Source: Mobula hypostoma (Eukaryota). From it: a stretch of DNA of 64,000 bases. A model generated the notes under the pieces. It saw only the letters and a program-made list of their open reading frames with translations, searched no databases and was not told where the DNA came from. The stretch covers positions 1,364,001 through 1,428,000 of the forward strand of contig NC_086101.1 of NCBI RefSeq assembly GCF_963921235.1, given 5' to 3'. Every line of letters starts with the position of its first letter. The first letter of the stretch is position 1. The position numbers and the translations under genes are program-made. Positions 33,754 through 46,419 of the stretch are shown one piece after another.

Positions 33754-36752
33754 TCCCCCAAGAAGAGAAAATTTTGATCTGTAAGAGCAAAATTCTAACT
33801 ACAATCTACAATATGTGGAACAATACATATACGGTTATCATACAGCACACTACAAGCTAATACAACATATTGAAGGAGAATATACAAATATTAAATTCCA
33901 CTCCACTATTAAAATTACATTGCAAGTTTAACATCTGGAAAGACAATCGGCAATTACATTATCTTTGCCTTTAATGTGAGTTATCATGAGATCATACTCT
34001 TGAAAAATCAGACTCCAATTCAGCAACCTTCTATTTTTGTTTTTCACCTTACTCAAGAACACCAATGGATCATGATCTGTATAAACCACAAGTGGTTTCT
34101 GAGCTGTGCAAACATACACACCAAAATGCTGCAAAGCCAAAATAAGTGATAATAATTCCTTCTCTGTGGTGGAATAATTTCTTTGATGCTCTTTGAATTT
34201 CTTTGAAACGTAAGCCACAGGATGGTCAGCATCTTCATAAGCATCCCTTTGTTGTAACACTGCCCCTGCAGCTTCATCACTGGTATCTACAGCCATGGAG
34301 AATGGCTTGGCAATGTCAGGTGACTTGAGCACAGGTTGGTGACATAAGATAGCTTTCAATTTATCAAATACCTCCTTACAAGCTTCTGTCCAAACAAACT
34401 TTTCACCCTTCTTCAGGAGGTTAGTCAATGGGAGAACAGTATCAGCAAAGTTCTTACAGAACTTGCAATAATATTTGGCCATTCTCAGAAATCTTCTAAT
34501 AGCCCTTCCCCAGCTGGAATGGGAACCTCTGAAATTGCCTGAACTCTTGCCTGAACAGGAGCCAACCTGCCCTGACCTACAACATAACCAAGATAGGTCA
34601 CAGTGGCATGGCCAAATTCACTCTTAGCTAAGTTAATTGTAAGGTTGGCTTTTGAGAGCCTTTCAAACAGCTTTTCCACTGCAGAGATATGGGCTTCCCA
34701 GGTGTCATTCCCCGTGACTAAATCATCAATACAGGCATCTGTGTGTTTTAATCCTTGAATTACAGTATTCATCATTCTCTAGAATGTTCCCGGAGCATTT
34801 TTCATTCCAAGTGGCAGAACATTGTACTCATACAACCCAGAAGGCATCACAAAGGCAGAAATTTCTCTACTTCTATCCGTTAATGGAACACATCAATATC
34901 CTTTTAACAGATCAATCTTAGTAAGAAACTTAGCTTTTCCAACCTTGTCTACACAATCAACCACTCTAGGGATTGGATAAGTATCTGTTTTTGTTACAAC
35001 ATTCACCTTTCAGTAATCAGTGCAGAATCTGATACTACCATCTGGTTTAGGTACCATGACACAAGGTGAACTCCAATCCGAAGTAGAAGGTCTAATAATA
35101 TCATTTTCTAACATATACTCAATTTCTTGTTCTGCAAATTTACATTTTTCAATATTCATACGATATGGATGTTGTTTTATAGGCTTGTTACTACCTACAT
35201 ATCTCTCTCTCTCGCTATCAATCCCATAGGACGATGATGGTTCCTTCCAGTCGTTAGTGCGGTTGACCCCACGCCTCAGAAAAGAACAGCGTGTGCATGA
35301 GTGGATTTTAGGTGAGTAGGGGTTGCACCGGTCCAGACCCACCCTCTCGACATCCCCTCCCTGATCCAGTGGCATGGTGGGGTCCAAGACGGTTGCAGTG
35401 AATGGTCAGACCAAGCTTCAATGCAACGGATACTCTTTCTGCGCTTTACAGCACGTGTTTGCTAGATGGCCGTCGACCCCACGAGAGGGTCTTGTTTGAC
35501 AGATCTTGTTTTTCATCCTGAAGGGTGTCTAGCCACCCTCCTCACCAGGCAAGCCTGGTGGGGGAGCCGGTTTTCATAATTAACTGCTTCATCTGCTGCC
35601 ACTGCTGCAGCTGTAAATGAGCCAGTTTCTCATCAATATTTTCCAAAATAGTCAAATTTGTCAATCTGGCTGAAATAATGGTCGGTTTAAAATAGGCCTC
35701 AGATGGATCAGCTGATAAATTTCCAGAGAGCTCACATCCATCTTTGTTTACAGCAACTGCCACAGCTGCAGTTTGTTTCTCATGATAGAGCTTAAGCATA
35801 TTTACATGACAAAGCTGCGTTGGCCTTCATCTATCTGGCGTTTTGACTACATAGCCCACATTATTAACTTTAGCCATAATTTCATAGGGACCATGAACTT
35901 AGCTTGTACAGGGTTTGTTTGTACAGAAAAGAAAACAAGCACTTTATCTCCCGGCTTGAATGACCTCATTCTGGCTTGTTTATCATACTAAGTTTTCATT
36001 CTTTCCTGCGCTGATTTTAAATTCTCCTTCGCTAGGTTGCAAGCCCTTTGCAATTTGTCCTTTGACTTCAAAACATAATCTAGCAAATTTATATGCAGGT
36101 CATTGTTAACCCACTGATCCTTTAACAATGCCAAGTGTCCTCGGACCTGGTGTCCAAACACAAGGTCAAAGGGACTAAAGCCTAGGAACTCTTGTACTGG
36201 CTCCCTTACTGCAAATAGTTCATCTTTGAGTCATCAGTGCAGGGACAACTTTGTCATTCCCTAACGACAAAGAAACACCTTTCACTGGGCCGTTGTCCTA
36301 TCTTAACAGGTCCTGAAACTAACTCTGACTTCAACATTACCTTGTGCAGAGGTACTGAAACAATGTCACACCCAATACCTTGAATAAGATTTACCTCACC
36401 AATGGCAGTCTCATCACCAAACTTTAGAACACTGTCTAACATAAGTGACTGAGAAGCCCCAGTAATTTGAAAATTTTTCACTGGCACAGGGGGTGACTCT
36501 CCATTCACTGACACAAATCCCTCTGACACAAAAGGAATGAACTCTTTCCAAACCAGGTCAGGTATCTCAGCTCTAGACAGAGCTTCATCAGAACGTTCAG
36601 AAGCCCGTGGGGTCACAGGTGTTTCAACATTTTGAACACAGGCGTCTGGAACTGCCTCCTTTTCTTTCTTCTTTTTCAGAAGGAAACAGTGAGCCATAAC
36701 ATGACCAGGTTTCCTACAATAGTGACAAGTAGGACCAGAGGGCTTCTCCAGA
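33754..36752 (-). mobile_element. Degenerate Gmr1-like Gypsy internal region (gag knuckle, PR, IN, RT, RNase H)
   Basis: Minus-strand order CHYCRKPGHVMAHC, TGASQSL, integrase C-terminus (about 35800-36210), PIKQHPYR/WSSPCVMVPKPDG, CIDDL, then RNase H ending ADCLSRC; PPT-like GGGGGAG at 33753-33759. IN before RT is the Gmr1 arrangement. Confidence 0.88.
35203..35572. mobile_element. Unclassified interspersed repeat inserted in the Gypsy pol
   Basis: GC-richer block beginning with (CT)n that interrupts the pol reading frame; family not identified. Confidence 0.45.
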
Positions 36753-36754
36753 GG

Positions 36755-37190
36755 AGCATGCCTTATGAGAATAGGTTGAGTGAACTCGGCCTTTGTTCCT
36801 TGGAGCGACGGAGGATGACAGGTGACCTGATAGAGGTGTATAAGATGATGAGAGGCATTGATCATGTGGATAATCAGAGGCTTTTTCCTCAGGGCTGAAA
36901 TGGTTGCCACAAGAAAACACAGGTTGAAGGTGCTCGGGAGTAGGTACAGAGGAGATGTCAGGGGTAAGTTTTTTCCTCAGAGAGTGGTGTGTGCATGGAA
37001 TGGGCTGCCAGTAATGGTGGTGGAGGCGGATACAATAGGGTCTTTTGAGAGACTGTTGGACAGGTACATGGAGCTTAGAAAATTAGAGGGCTATAGGTAA
37101 GCCTAGTAATTTCTAAAGTAGCGACATGTTCGGCACAACTTTGTGGGCCAAAGGGCCTGTATTGTGCTGTAGGTTTTCTATGTCTCTATA
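36755..37190 (+). mobile_element. CR1 3' fragment
   Basis: YENRLSELGLCSLERRR...FFPQRVVCAWNGLP and TTCTATG tail. Confidence 0.8.
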
Positions 37191-38083
37191 TCACCCCCAA
37201 CTCTATGCATCCTGATCTAATTGGTAAGTCTTATCGAATGCCTTCTGGAAATCAAAGTAAATAGTGTTCATCCGTTCCCCTCTATCCTTTGCGCTTGTTA
37301 TATCCTCAAAGAACTCCAATAAGTTTTGGAAACAGGACCTGCCTTTTCTGAAACCATGCTGCATCTGCCTGATGGATCCATTACTTTCCAGATGCCTCCC
37401 TATTTCTTCTTTAATGATAGCTTCAAGCATTTTCCTAACTACAGGTGTTAAACTAACTGTCCTTTAGTTACCTGCCTTTTGCTTACATCCTTTTTTGAAC
37501 AGCGGAGTAAAGTTCACCATCTTCCAATCCACTGCGATCTACCCAGAATCCAGAAAATTTTGGTAACTTATCACCCAAGCCTCCACTATAACTTCCGCCT
37601 TTTCTTTCAGTACCCTGGGATGCATTCCATCAGGACCAGGAGACTTGCCTATCTTTAGGCCCACAAGTTTGCTCAGCTCTAAGTCTTTAATGATCGCTAT
37701 TTTAATCGAGGTCCTCACATCCCATCGCAACCATAACATCTCTCTTTGGCATGTTAGCTGTGTCTTCCACTGTGAAGACTGACACAAAATAGTCATTCAA
37801 AGCCTTAGCCATTTCCTCATTACCCAATATTAACTCCCCCTTCTCATCCTCCAAGGGACCTACATTCACTTTAGCCACCCTTTTCCACTTCATATAATTC
37901 TAAAATCTTTTACTATCTGTTTTTATATTTTATGCTAGTTTATTTTCATCATCTATCTTCCCTTTCTTTATTGCTTGCTTAGTAGCACTTTGTTGCTTTT
38001 TAAAGTTTTCCCGATCCTCCAGTTTCCCACTACTCTTAGCAATTTTGTATGCACGTGCTTTTAGTTTGATGCCTTGTTTTATT

Positions 38084-41000
38084 TTTGTATGTTAAATTTA
38101 AAATGGTGCCACCTGGGGTGTCTGAACGGGAAGAGTCAGCAGAGGAAGTACAGAGGTCTCAGAGGAGTAGGCACCCCGCAGAGAGGTTGACTTATACAGC
38201 GCCGGGAGAGCAGGGTGTGATCTCTACAGCCCTGGGAAGTTATGTCACTGCTTTATGCACCTGGGTTGGGTTTTGTGTTTTGCAAGGAGCACTGGTGAAC
38301 ACTGTTAACGTCATGACGGCATGACTTTTATTGGTGGGGGGAGAGTGTACGGGGTCTTTCTTTTTGTATGTTAAATTTAAAATGGCTTCTTGTTATGTTA
38401 TACTGGGGAATGCTGAGAAAGTCTCTAACTAGACAGTTGCTTGGGTTAATACAGACAGCAGGGTGTTATTAACCAATGGGTGGTCATGTATCATTTTGTT
38501 TTCGGGTGATAGTGTTGTCTCATATGACTGGGGACGGAGTTTTTGGCAGGGAGTCGGAGGAGAGACGGGGAGTCGGGGGAGAGACGGGGAGGACGGCGGA
38601 GAGACGGGGAGTCGGAGGAGAGACGGGGAGGACGGCGGAGAGACGGGGAGTCGGGGGAGAGACGGGGAGTCGGGGGAGAGACGGGGAGGACGGCGGAGAG
38701 ACGGGGAGGACGGCAGACGGGGTTTTTGGCGGGGAGTCGGAGGAGAGACGGGGAGGACGGCGGAGAGATGGGGAGTCGGAGGAGAGACGGGGAGGACGGA
38801 GGAGAGACGGGGAGGACGGAGGAGAGACGGGGAGTGGAAGGAGAGAAGGGGAGTTGGAGGAGAGACGGGGAGGACGGCGGACAGGGATTTTGGCGGGGAG
38901 TTGGAGGAGAGACGGGGAGGATGGCGGACGGGGTTTTTGGCAGGGAGTCGGAGGAGAGACGGGGAGGACGGCGGACGGGGTTTTTGGCGGGGAGTCGGAG
39001 GAGAGACGGGGAGGACAGAGGAGAGACGGGGAGGACGGCGGTGAGATGGGGAGTCGGAGGAGAGACGGGGAGGACAGTGGAGAGACGGGGAGTCAGACGA
39101 GAGACGGGGAGGACAGCGGACGGGGTTTTTGGTGGGGAGTCGGAGGAGAGACGGGGAGGACGGAGGAGAGATGGGGAGGACAGAGGACAGACGGGGAGTC
39201 GGAGGAGAGACGGGGAGTCGGAGGAGAGACGGGGAGAATGGTGGACGGGGTTTTTGGTGGGGATTCGGAGGAGAGATGGGGAGGACGGTGGAGAGATGAG
39301 GGGTCGGAGGAGAGACGGGGAGGACGGTGGATAGAGAGGGAGGACGGCAGAGAGACGGGGAGTCGGAGGAGAGACGGGCAGGACGGCGGAGAGACGGGGA
39401 GGACGGCGGAGGGACGTGGAGTTGGAGGAGAGACGGGGAGGACGGCGGAGAGATGGGGAGTCGGGGGAGAGACGGGGAGGACGGCGGACGGGGTTTTTGG
39501 CAGGGAGTTGGAGGAGAGACGGGGAAGAGGGAAGAGAGATGGGGAGGACGGAAGAGAGACGGGGAGGACGGAGGAGAGACGGGGAGGATGGAAGAGAGAT
39601 GGGGACGACGGCGGAGAGATGGGGACGACGGCGGAGCGATGGGGACGACGGCGGAGAGATGGGGACGACGGCGGAGAGATGGGGACGACGGCGGAGAGAT
39701 GGGGAGGACAGCAGAGAGACGGAGAGTCGGAGGAGAGACGGGGAGGATGTTGGAGAGACGGGGAGTTGGAGGAGAGACGAGGAGGACGGTGGACAGGGAT
39801 TTTGGCGGGGAGTCGGAGGAGAGACGGGGAGGACAGAGGAGAGACGGGGAGTCCGGGGAGAGACGGGGAGGACAGCGGACGGGGTTTTTGGAGGAGAGTC
39901 GGAGGAGAGACGGGGAGTCGGGGGAGAGACCGGGAGGACGGTGGAGAGACGGGGAGGACGGTGGAGAGATGGGGAGTCAGAGGAGAGACGAGGAGGACGG
40001 TGGATGGGGTTTTTGTCGGGGAGTCGGAGGAGAGACGAGGAGGACGGTGGAGAGACGGGCAGTCGGAGGAGAGACGGGGAGTCGGAGGAGAGACGGGGAG
40101 GACGGTGGAGAGACGGGGAGTCGGAGGAGAGACGGGGAGGACGGTGGAGAGACGGGGAGGACGGCAGACGGGGTTTCTGGCGGGGAGTCAGAGGAGAGAT
40201 GGAGAGGACGGTGGAGAGACGGGGAGTCGGAGGAGAGACGAGGAGGACGGTGGACGGGGGTTTTGGCGGGGAGTCGGAGGAGAGACAGAGAGGACGGAGG
40301 AGAGACGGGGATTCGGAGGAGAGACGGGGAGACGGGGAGTCGGGGGAGAGATGAGGAGTCGGGGGAGAGACGGGGAGGACGGCGGATGAGGTTTTTGGCG
40401 GGGAGTCAGAGGAGAGACGAGGAGGATGGTGGATGGGGTTTTTGGCGGGGAGTCGGAGGAGTGACGGGGAGTCGGAGGAGAGACGGGGAGGACGGCGGAG
40501 AGACGGGGAGGATGGCGGAGAGATGGGGAGGACGGTGGAGAGACGGGGAGTCAGAGGAGAGAAGAGGAGGGCAGCGGACGGTGTTTTTGGCGGGGAGTCG
40601 GAGGAGAGACGGGGAGGACTGCGGAGAGACACAGAGGACGGCGGATAGACAGGGAGTCGGTGGAGAGACGAGGAGGGCGGTGGACAGGGTTTTTGGCGGG
40701 GAGTCGGAGGAGAGACGGGGAGGACGGCAGAGAGACGGGGAGTCGGTGGAGAGACGAGGAGGACGGTGGACGGGGTTTTTGGCGGGGAGTCGGAGGAGAG
40801 ACGGGGAGGACGGAGGAGAGACGGAGAGGACGGAGGAGAGACGGGGAGTCGGAGGAGAGACGGGGAGGACGGCAGAGACACGGGGAGTCGGAGGAGAGAC
40901 GGGGAGGACGGCGGAGAGACGGGGAGTCGGAGGAGAGACGGGGAGTCGGAGGAGAGACGGGGAGTCGGAGGAGAGACGGGGAGGACGGAGGAGAGACGGG

Positions 41001-42075
41001 GAGGACGGAGGAGAGATGGGGAGGACGGAGGAGAGACGGGGAGTTGTGTGAGAGACAGGGAGTCGGGGGAGAGACCGGGAGTCGGGGGAGAGACGGGGAG
41101 TTGGAGGAGAGACAGGGAGGACAGCGGACGGGGTTTTTGGTGGGGAGTCGGCGGAGAGACGGGGAGTCGGAGGAGAGACGGGGAGGACGGTGGAGAGACG
41201 GGGAGTCGGAGGAGAGACGAGGAGGACGGTGGACGGGGGTTTTGGCGGGGAGTCGGAGGAGAGACAGAGAGGACGGAGGAGAGATGGGGAGTCGGAGGAG
41301 AGACAGGGATTCGAAGGAGAGACGGGGAGACGGGGAGTCGGGGGAGAGATGAGGAGTCGGGGGAGAGACGGGGAGTCGGAGGAGAGATGGGGACGACGGC
41401 GGACGAGGTTTTTGGCAGGGAGTCGGAGGAGAGACGAGGAGGATGGTGGATGGGGTTTTTGGCGGGGAGTCGGAGGAGTGACGGGGAGTCGGAGGAGAGA
41501 CGGGGAGGACGGAGGAGAGATGGGGAGTCGGAGGAGAGACGGGGAGGACGGCGGAGAGACGGGGAGGACGGCGGAGAGACGGGGAGTTGGAGGAGAGACG
41601 GGGAGGACGGTGGAGAGACGGGGAGTTGGAGGAGAGACGAGGAGGATGGTGGACGGGGTTTTTGGCGGGGAGTCAGAGGAGAGACGGGGAGGACGGTGGA
41701 CGTGCAGAAAGGCTCCGGTCGATCACTCCGGGTGGTCCCAAGCCGTGAGTCGACAGGATCCGGGTGGTCGTCAGGAATCGATTGAGCTCCAACAGTTGTG
41801 CACGAAGAACTTGGACTTTGATAAGTCTGGCGCATTTTTTTTCATTACTTCCTTTTCTGTATCTATATTAATGTCATTCTATATTAATGTCATAGACTTA
41901 GTAATATCTATAAAGTGTATTTGGTAAAACGTACTGGGTGTGCTGGCTGACGATTGATGTTTGGGACTGATTCGGGCGGCAGTGGTGCAGAGACCGACTC
42001 CGTGGGAAGCGCTCAGGCAGGTGCTGGGCGGGACTTAACCTGGACATATACGAGCCAATATATCTGAGCGTTACA
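38084..42075 (+). mobile_element. Internally deleted Gypsy LTR element: 5' LTR stub, pol tail, PPT and expanded 3' LTR (38346-42075)
   Basis: TTTTGTATGTTAAATTTAAAATGG occurs at about 38083 and 38362; integrase tail QRSQRSRHPAERLTY; PPT GGTGGGGGGAGAG 38333-38345; LTR TGTA...TACA. Confidence 0.75.
38530..41702. repeat. G/A-rich composite minisatellite (about 3.2 kb)
   Basis: Shuffled units GGAGAGACGGGG, AGTCGGA, AGGACGG(C/T), GGACGGGGTTTTTGGCGGGG. Confidence 0.95.
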
Positions 42076-42809
42076 CTTAGTTATCCAAGTCTGGCTCTCC
42101 CCACCTTTGCTTTTAACTGGAATATACTTTTAATATGCACTGGAAAAAATCTTCCAATGTTCCTCAACTGACCCACCATATAGCCTGAGTTCCCAGTCTA
42201 CACTAGCCAAAAGCGCCCTCATCCCATTGTAGTCTCCATTATTTAGACATAATACACTGGTTTTAGATTGAACTATTGCACCCTCCATTTGTAACAGAAA
42301 CTCTTTCCAAGAGGATTCCTAACTACAAGATTGCTAATTTTACCTGTCTCGTTGCACAGGACCAGATCTAAGAGAGCAAGTTCCCTTGTAATTTCAGCAA
42401 CATGCTGCTCAAGAAAGCCATCACAAATGCATTCTCAAGACTGCCTTGACCAACTTGATTCACCCAATCTATGTGCAAGTTAAAGTCCCCCATGTAACTG
42501 CTGCTCCATTCTTACATGCCTCAGATATTTCTCTGTTTGTTGCCTGTGCTACAGTAATGTTATTATTCAGTGATGATAGACAACTCCCACCAGTGAATTT
42601 TTTTCCCCTTTACTATTCCTAATCTCTACCCATGGATTCAATATTCTGCTCCTTAGATCTTATCTTCCTCCTCCTTATCTTCCTGCCCATCCTTCCTTAT
42701 TACCTGATATCCTTGGATATTTAATTCCCATTCCTCTCAACCATGCAACCACATCTCTGTAATGGCCACTAAATCATACCTCTTTGTACTGATCTGAGCT
42801 ACAAGTTGT

Positions 42810-45800
42810 TAGGTGTGTTCAGAATGGTTTCCTGACACAATATGTAGATAAGCCAACTAGAGGAGAGGCTGTACTTGTTCTGGTATTGGGAAATGAACCT
42901 GGTCAGATGACAGATCTCTCAGTGGAGAACATTTTGGAGGTAGTGACCACAACACTATCTCTTTTACCATCGCGCTGGTTTACCAATCAACTTCCCAGCT
43001 TTTTACTTCACCACTTACCCTCCTGGTTTCACCTATCACCTTATGTTTCCCCCTCCCCTCCACCCACCTTTTAACTCTACTGCAATCCTGCTGAAGATTC
43101 TCATCCCGAAATGTCGACTGTACTCTTTTCCATAGATTCTGATTGGCCTGCTGAGTTCCTCCAGCGTTTCATGTGTATTGCTTGGATTTCCAGCATCTGC
43201 AGATTCACTCTTGTTTGTGCATGCATTACTTGCATGTTTACTCAGGGCATGGATCCAGAGTCTATAGAAGTGAGGCAAAGCAGCACAAACTTCATGGACT
43301 CTGTACAGATTACAGAGGAGGAGGTGTTTGCTACCCTAGACAAATCAGAATGAATGAATCCTCAGGGCCTTACAAGGTGTTCCCTTGGATCCTACGTGCA
43401 AATGCGTTAGTTGCCAGGGCACTAACAGAGATATTTAAAACATCCTCAGTGAGAGAACAGGTACCAGATGATTGGAGGATAGTCAATGATGTTCTGCTGT
43501 TTAAAAAAGGCTCTAAACAGAAGTCAGAAAACTATACAGGTAGGCCAGTGAGTCTGACATCAGTTGTGGAAAAGATATTCTCAGGAACTAGATAAAGAAG
43601 TATTTGGATAGACTGATTAAGGACAGTCAGCATGGCCTTGTGCATGGTAGGTCATGTCTGACAAATGCCAGGAAAGTGGAAGAAGGGAAGGGAATGGATG
43701 TTGTCTACATGGACTTCAGCAAATGATTTGTCAAGGTCCCTCATGGGAACCTGGTCAAGAAGGTTCAGTCATGTGGCATTCAGTTGCACCTCACTATAGG
43801 AAGGATGTGGAGTATTGGAAAGGGTACAGAGGAGATTTACCAGGATGCTTCCTGGTTTAGAGAGTATGCATTATGATCAGAGATTAAGGGAGCTAGGCTT
43901 TACTCTTTGGAGAGAAGGAGGATGAGAGGAGACATGATAGAGGTGTACAAGATAATAAGAGGAATAGATAGAGTGGATAGCCAGCACCTCTTCCCCAGGG
44001 CACCACTGCTCAATACAAGAGGACATGGCTTTAAGGTAAGGGGTGGGAAGTTCAAAGGGTATAGTAGAGGAAGGTTTTTTACTCAGAGAGTGGTTGGTGC
44101 GTGGAATGCACTGCCTGAGTCAGTGGTGGAGGCAGATACACTGGTGAAGTTTAAGAGACTACTAGACAGGTATATGGAGGAATTTAAGGTGGGGGGTTAT
44201 ATGGGAGGCAGGGTTTGAGGGTCGGCACAACATTGTGGGCCGAAGGGCCTGTACTGTGCTGTATTATTCTATGTTCTATGTTCTATTCAGGATGAGGATG
44301 CAAATTGGGATTAGACATTGGGTTTGTGGGAGCAGTCATAGTGGGTTGCCTCTCTGACTGGAGATCTGGTGTGCCGCAGGGATTGGTGCTGGGTCCTTTG
44401 TTGTTTGACATCTATGATGATCTAGATGATAATGTGGGGGTTCATTGGATCAGCAAGCTTGCAGATGACTCCAAGGTTGGAGGGGATGTAGTGGACAGTG
44501 ATGGAGGATATCATGGCTTGCTGAGGGATCTGCAACAGCTAAAAAATGGACTGAAAAATGGAGGATGGACTTTAACGCAGACAGCTGTGAAATTTTGCAC
44601 TTCGATAGGAACAACTAGAGTAAGACCATAAGATACAGGAGCAGGAATAGGCCATTCAGCCCATCGAGTCTTCCCCACCACTCAATCATGGGCTGATTCA
44701 ATTCTCCCAGTCATCCCCACTCCTCTGCCTTCTCCCCATTCCCATTGATACCCTGGCTAATCAAGAACCTATCTCTCCCTTAAATACACCCAATGACTTG
44801 GCCTCCACAGCCGCTCGTGGCAATAAATTCCACAGATTTATCACCTTCTGACTAAAGTAATTTCTCCACATCTCTGTTCTAAATGGATATCCTTCAATCT
44901 TGAAGTCGTGCCTTCTTGTCCTAGACTCCCCTACCATGGGAAATATCTAATCTCTTTAGGCCTTTTAACATTAGGAATGTTTCTATGAGATCCCCCCTCA
45001 TTCTCCTGAACTTCAGGGAATACAGCCCAAAAGCTGCCAGACATTCCTCATAAAGAAATCCTTTCAATCCTGGAATTATTCTCGTGAATCTTCTCTGAAC
45101 TCGCTCCAATGTCAGTATATCCTTTCTAAAATAAGAAGCCCAAAGCTACACACAATACTTCGTGTGGTCTCATGAGTGCCTTGTAGAGCCTCAACATCAC
45201 ATCCCTGCTCTTATATTCTATACCTCTAGAAATGAATGCCAACATTGCATTCGCCTTCTTCACCACCGACTCAACCTGGAGGATAACCTTTAAGGTATCC
45301 TGCACAAGGACTCCCAAGTCCCTTTGCATCTCTGAATATTGGATTCTTTCCCCATATAAATAATACTCTGTCTGTTTATTTCTTCCACCAAAGTGCGTGT
45401 TTTATGGTAGGTCTTCTACAGTCAACAATGGGGCACTGAGGAGTGTGGTAGAACAACAGGATCTGGGAATACAGGTACATCGTTTGTTGAAAGTGGCGTC
45501 ACAAGTAGATAGGGTTGTAAAGAATGCTTTTGGTCCATTGGACTTTATAACTCAATGTATTGAGTACAGAATATGGTATGTTATGTTGAAGTTGTATAAG
45601 ACGCTGGTGAGGCTGAATCTTGAATATTGTGTACAGTTTTGGTCACCAACCTGCAAGAAAGATGTAAACAAAGCTGAAAGAATGCAAAGAAAATTCACAA
45701 GGATGTTGCCGGGTCTGGAAGTCCTGAGTTACAAGATTGACTAGGTTAGGACTGTTCTTTAGAATGTAGAAGATTGAGAGATTTGATAGAGGTATACAAA

Positions 45801-46135
45801 ATAATGAGGGGCAGAAATAGGGTAAATGCAGGCACGCTTTTTCCACGGAGGTTAGGTACAACTACAACCAGAGGTCATGGTTTAAGGGTGAAAGGTGAGA
45901 AGTTTAAGGGGAACATGAAGGGAAATTTCTTCACTGAGAGACATGTGAGAGTGTGGAATGAGCTGCCAGCACAATTGGTCCACGTGAGCTCGATTTCAAT
46001 GTTTAAGAGAAGTTAGGATAGGTACATGAATTGTAGGGGTACTGAAGGCGATGGTGCCAGTACAGGTCAGTGGGTTTAGCCAGATTACATGATTTTTGGC
46101 ATGGCCTGTATCTATGCTGTACGTCTCTGACACTA
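42810..46135. mobile_element. Nested CR1 fragments (both strands) with a Penelope pLTR remnant at about 42976-43215
   Basis: CR1 ORF2 motifs in ORFs 43173-43595, 43907-44218, 44305-44631, 44921-45329 (-) and 45397-46016; degenerate hammerhead/pLTR sequence near 43088-43205. Confidence 0.75.
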
Positions 46136-46173
46136 TGACCTTATCAATGTGGAATTATGAGGTGGGAACGTAC

Positions 46174-46419
46174 CTATAAGGATTGAAGATTCTCTTTGCA
46201 TGGAACCATTGTAACTTCTCAACTGGACTTCATTGACTGAAGGAGACTTTCTGCTTGAATTTACCTTCACTTGATCAGCCTCTGAACTCCCATCATATTT
46301 TGAAGTTGGAGTGATGTACTCCCATTGCCTCACATTGTCCCTTTCCATTACTTCTCTTGGTAAAGCAGATAGCAAAACAGTGGAATATTTGTGTGGTAAA
46401 GAGGCTCCATCTAAAATTC
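46174..46419 (-). CDS. Probable exon 2 of the minus-strand host gene: end of signal peptide plus atypical shortened Ig-like domain
   Basis: Acceptor CTCCTTTCTTGCAG (AG at 46421-46420), donor ATAG|GTACGT (GT at 46173-46172), 246 bp, phase 1-1, open, not a recognisable repeat. STVLLSALPREVMERDNVRQWEYI resembles DSILLTGNIKEVKNDQIIHWSYI in the 63246 exon. Confidence 0.55.

Larger units (their letters stand above)
37203..42810 (-). mobile_element. Degenerate CR1 ORF2 (37203-38083 and 42076-42810) split by an LTR element remnant
   Basis: QHGFRKGRSC, KSPGPDGMHPRVLKE, KVNVGPLEDE on the minus strand; sequence resumes collinearly at CTTAGTTATCCAAG (42076). Confidence 0.8.

Noticed and set aside
38530..41702. 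Possible CRISPR-like repeat array
   Set aside because: No unique spacers, no cas genes, vertebrate context; it is a modular minisatellite.
38463..41927. Very long ORFs (up to 1114 aa; Pro/Ser- or Arg/Gly/Glu-rich)
   Set aside because: Open in nearly all frames because the minisatellite units lack stop codons; no domain or splice evidence.
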